From: Candidatus Saccharimonadota bacterium
GTDB taxonomy: Bacteria; Patescibacteriota; Saccharimonadia; Saccharimonadales; UBA10212
Assembly (NCBI GenBank): GCA_019662065.1
Contig: JAIFWC010000002.1
Coordinates: 9,298-33,297 of the forward strand
Direction of reading: 5' to 3'
Length of the DNA: 24,000 bases
The translations under genes and the position numbers were made by a program. Below, piece after piece: positions 22,398-24,000 of this stretch; position 1 is the stretch's first letter, and every line of letters begins with the position of its first letter. Under the pieces are notes generated by a model. It ran no database searches, was not told the origin of the DNA, and saw only the letters and a list, made by a program, of their open reading frames with translations.

Positions 22398-22990
22398 TGG
22401 GACCCCTTAGGTACGCTTAAGAAGCGGTTCTTGGCATCAGCTGAAAACAGGGCTTTAAATGTAGCGCCACATTTATAAACAGTTTGATCGAGAGTAGTTG
22501 TGCAGTTAATGGCGATAATATCAACTTTGGAAAACAACTTATTTTTAGAGCCACTTAAATTAACGGCAATTTGGGCCGCCGAAGCATAGTCTTTAGCGCT
22601 GGCGCTTAAGTCCAGCGTGCCATTGATTTGGGTCAAACTGAGCGTACCCAATACAGTGCCGGGCGGCATATCGTTACCAATCGCCTGGATAAGATCGGAA
22701 AAACGGATCTCAGTACCAAGCACTTGGTTAATGACCTTGATATCACCGGTGATTTCTTTAGCGTCTTTTTGCACTTTAGCCAAATTTTGAGCTTTAAGCT
22801 GCTGATTAGTGATATCAATATTTTTTTGCAGGGTTTTAGATTGCTGGTTAATGTATAGCCAGCCGCCAGCTAGGATGATCACTAGGCCAACCATCGCTAT
22901 CGCGACGCCAATCAGCCAGTTGCGGAGGATGGTATTTTGCCGGCCGTAGCGTATAGATTCGGCATAAGTTGTCGGCAGTAAATTGATCAT
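22394..22990 (-). CDS. pilN: Type IV pilus assembly protein PilN
   Basis: It has the hallmark N-terminal INLLP motif, a single TM segment and a coiled coil. It overlaps both neighbours by ATGA. Confidence 0.8.
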   Translation of the reverse strand: MINLLPTTYAESIRYGRQNTILRNWLIGVAIAMVGLVIILAGGWLYINQQSKTLQKNIDITNQQLKAQNLAKVQKDAKEITGDIKVINQVLGTEIRFSDLIQAIGNDMPPGTVLGTLSLTQINGTLDLSASAKDYASAAQIAVNLSGSKNKLFSKVDIIAINCTTTLDQTVYKCGATFKALFSADAKNRFLSVPKGSQ

Positions 22991-24000
22991 TGCAAGGCCT
23001 CGGCCGGGTTTACTAAAGCTTCGCCAGCCGCGATGATATAACCAGCTCGTTCGGCTTCGTTAGGAACCGGCAGTTGACCGAACTTAATCGTCTGCCAAGG
23101 ATCCAGGTTTTGGGTTGGTAAGCGCAGTTGTTTTGATAAGTATTGATTAAAACCGGGCATAACAGAGCCGCCACCAACAGTGATAATCTGCGAAATTTCA
23201 CCACCAGATTTAGTGCCGCGCTCGGCATAAAACCGAATCGATTTTTCGATGGCTCCAATTAGAATATCCAGGCTAGGCTTAATGGCATCGATAATTCGCT
23301 GTTGGCGTTCGCTATAAGAAATTCCATACTCGTCTTTTAAATCAGCAGCCTGTTGTTCGCTCAAATGCAGTTGCTGTGCAATTAGCTCAGTCATGTTTTG
23401 ACCGCCGGTACTAACCGTACTGGCTACCAGCAAGGTTTTATCGTATACGGCAATATCAGATGTAACCGAACCAATATCAACAATGATAGCGGTTTCGGAC
23501 TGAGACACGCCCATCATCTGGACAATCCGCGAGGCGGCATTGATGGTCGGTTCAAAAGCGACTGGCTCCAGCTGCAGAGCTTCGAGCGTTCGATGGTAGC
23601 TATCAACGATATTTTTAGAAACCGCTACTAGCAACAGTTCCATACCGGCTGGGTCCCTATGGGTAATTTCGTAATCCAGATATAAGTTGTTAAGTGGAAT
23701 TGGTATATACTGCTCGGCTTCAAGATGGATAGCATCCATGATAGCCTCGTGGTCCATAAGCGGTATCTTCATTGGCCGGCTAAAGGTCCGCGAAGCCGGT
23801 AAGCTGCAAGCCACCCGTCGGCTATTGATAGTGCCAGCCAAACTTTTTTCAAACAACTTGTGCATAGCCTCGGCAATAAGCTCTGGCTTAATAATCACAC
23901 CATTTTCAATTGCCTGGGCATCAAATTCACTGACGCCATAACCTAAAATATTCAAGGACTTGCCCGGCAGATTATTTACCTGCATGGCTTTTAAGCTAGA
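22987..24000 (-). CDS. pilM: Type IV pilus assembly ATPase-fold protein PilM (N-terminus beyond window)
   Basis: The frame stays open upstream of the track Met to the window edge (...SSLKAMQV...). It has an actin-like fold pattern with IIVDIGSVTSDIAV and ITVGGGS. Confidence 0.85.
   Translation of the reverse strand, partial: SSLKAMQVNNLPGKSLNILGYGVSEFDAQAIENGVIIKPELIAEAMHKLFEKSLAGTINSRRVACSLPASRTFSRPMKIPLMDHEAIMDAIHLEAEQYIPIPLNNLYLDYEITHRDPAGMELLLVAVSKNIVDSYHRTLEALQLEPVAFEPTINAASRIVQMMGVSQSETAIIVDIGSVTSDIAVYDKTLLVASTVSTGGQNMTELIAQQLHLSEQQAADLKDEYGISYSERQQRIIDAIKPSLDILIGAIEKSIRFYAERGTKSGGEISQIITVGGGSVMPGFNQYLSKQLRLPTQNLDPWQTIKFGQLPVPNEAERAGYIIAAGEALVNPAEALQ

Overview
Gene-dense bacterial chromosome segment, mid-40s % GC by eye, with very short intergenic gaps and several ATGA start/stop overlaps. 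The gene content fits a small-genome Patescibacteria/CPR organism, most like Saccharibacteria; this lineage call is inference only, not a database result. Recognisable core genes are comEC (short form), yebC, an S51 peptidase, ruvC, ruvA, dus, pcm, an ftsB-like gene, a LysM-Rpf muralytic enzyme, tilS, ftsH, ruvB (separated from ruvCA), a bPH-domain membrane protein and a pilM-pilN-pilO operon running off the right edge. There are four tRNAs: Lys-UUU and three with CAU anticodons, which I assign as a probable Ile2 (lysidine) type, the initiator and elongator Met. An SD-bearing stress-type gene set lies beyond the initiator tRNA, on both sides of tRNA-Met: MBL hydrolase, OsmC, LUD protein, HxlR, RRM protein, DJ-1/PfpI and an FAD oxidoreductase. 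Six regions are not ordinary. (1) 837-2042 holds two tandem cassettes encoding divergent small secreted proteins whose GC and GC3 are clearly above the neighbours. Their AT-rich promoter/leader modules are 52/54 identical, their terminators 24/26 identical, and their 3' hairpins covary but keep the same cUUCGg-capped architecture. (2) A roughly 190-nt multi-hairpin RNA with its own promoter sits directly 5' of tRNA-Lys and has SRP-RNA-like motifs. (3) Downstream of tRNA-fMet is a scar-like region: an AT-rich small membrane ORF, a 64-nt tRNA-like fragment, and a second copy of the tRNA 3' 35 nt split by a 54-nt GC-rich insertion. (4) A 379-aa protein with no recognisable domain abuts ruvA (2-nt gap), where ruvB would be expected. 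(5) The ruvB 5' end is duplicated upstream as a leaderless-looking uORF whose differences from ruvB are all synonymous. (6) A 26-codon sORF has a strong promoter and terminator. I saw no CRISPR array, rRNA, transposase or integrase. All family assignments come from motif recognition by eye and need HMM/CM confirmation.
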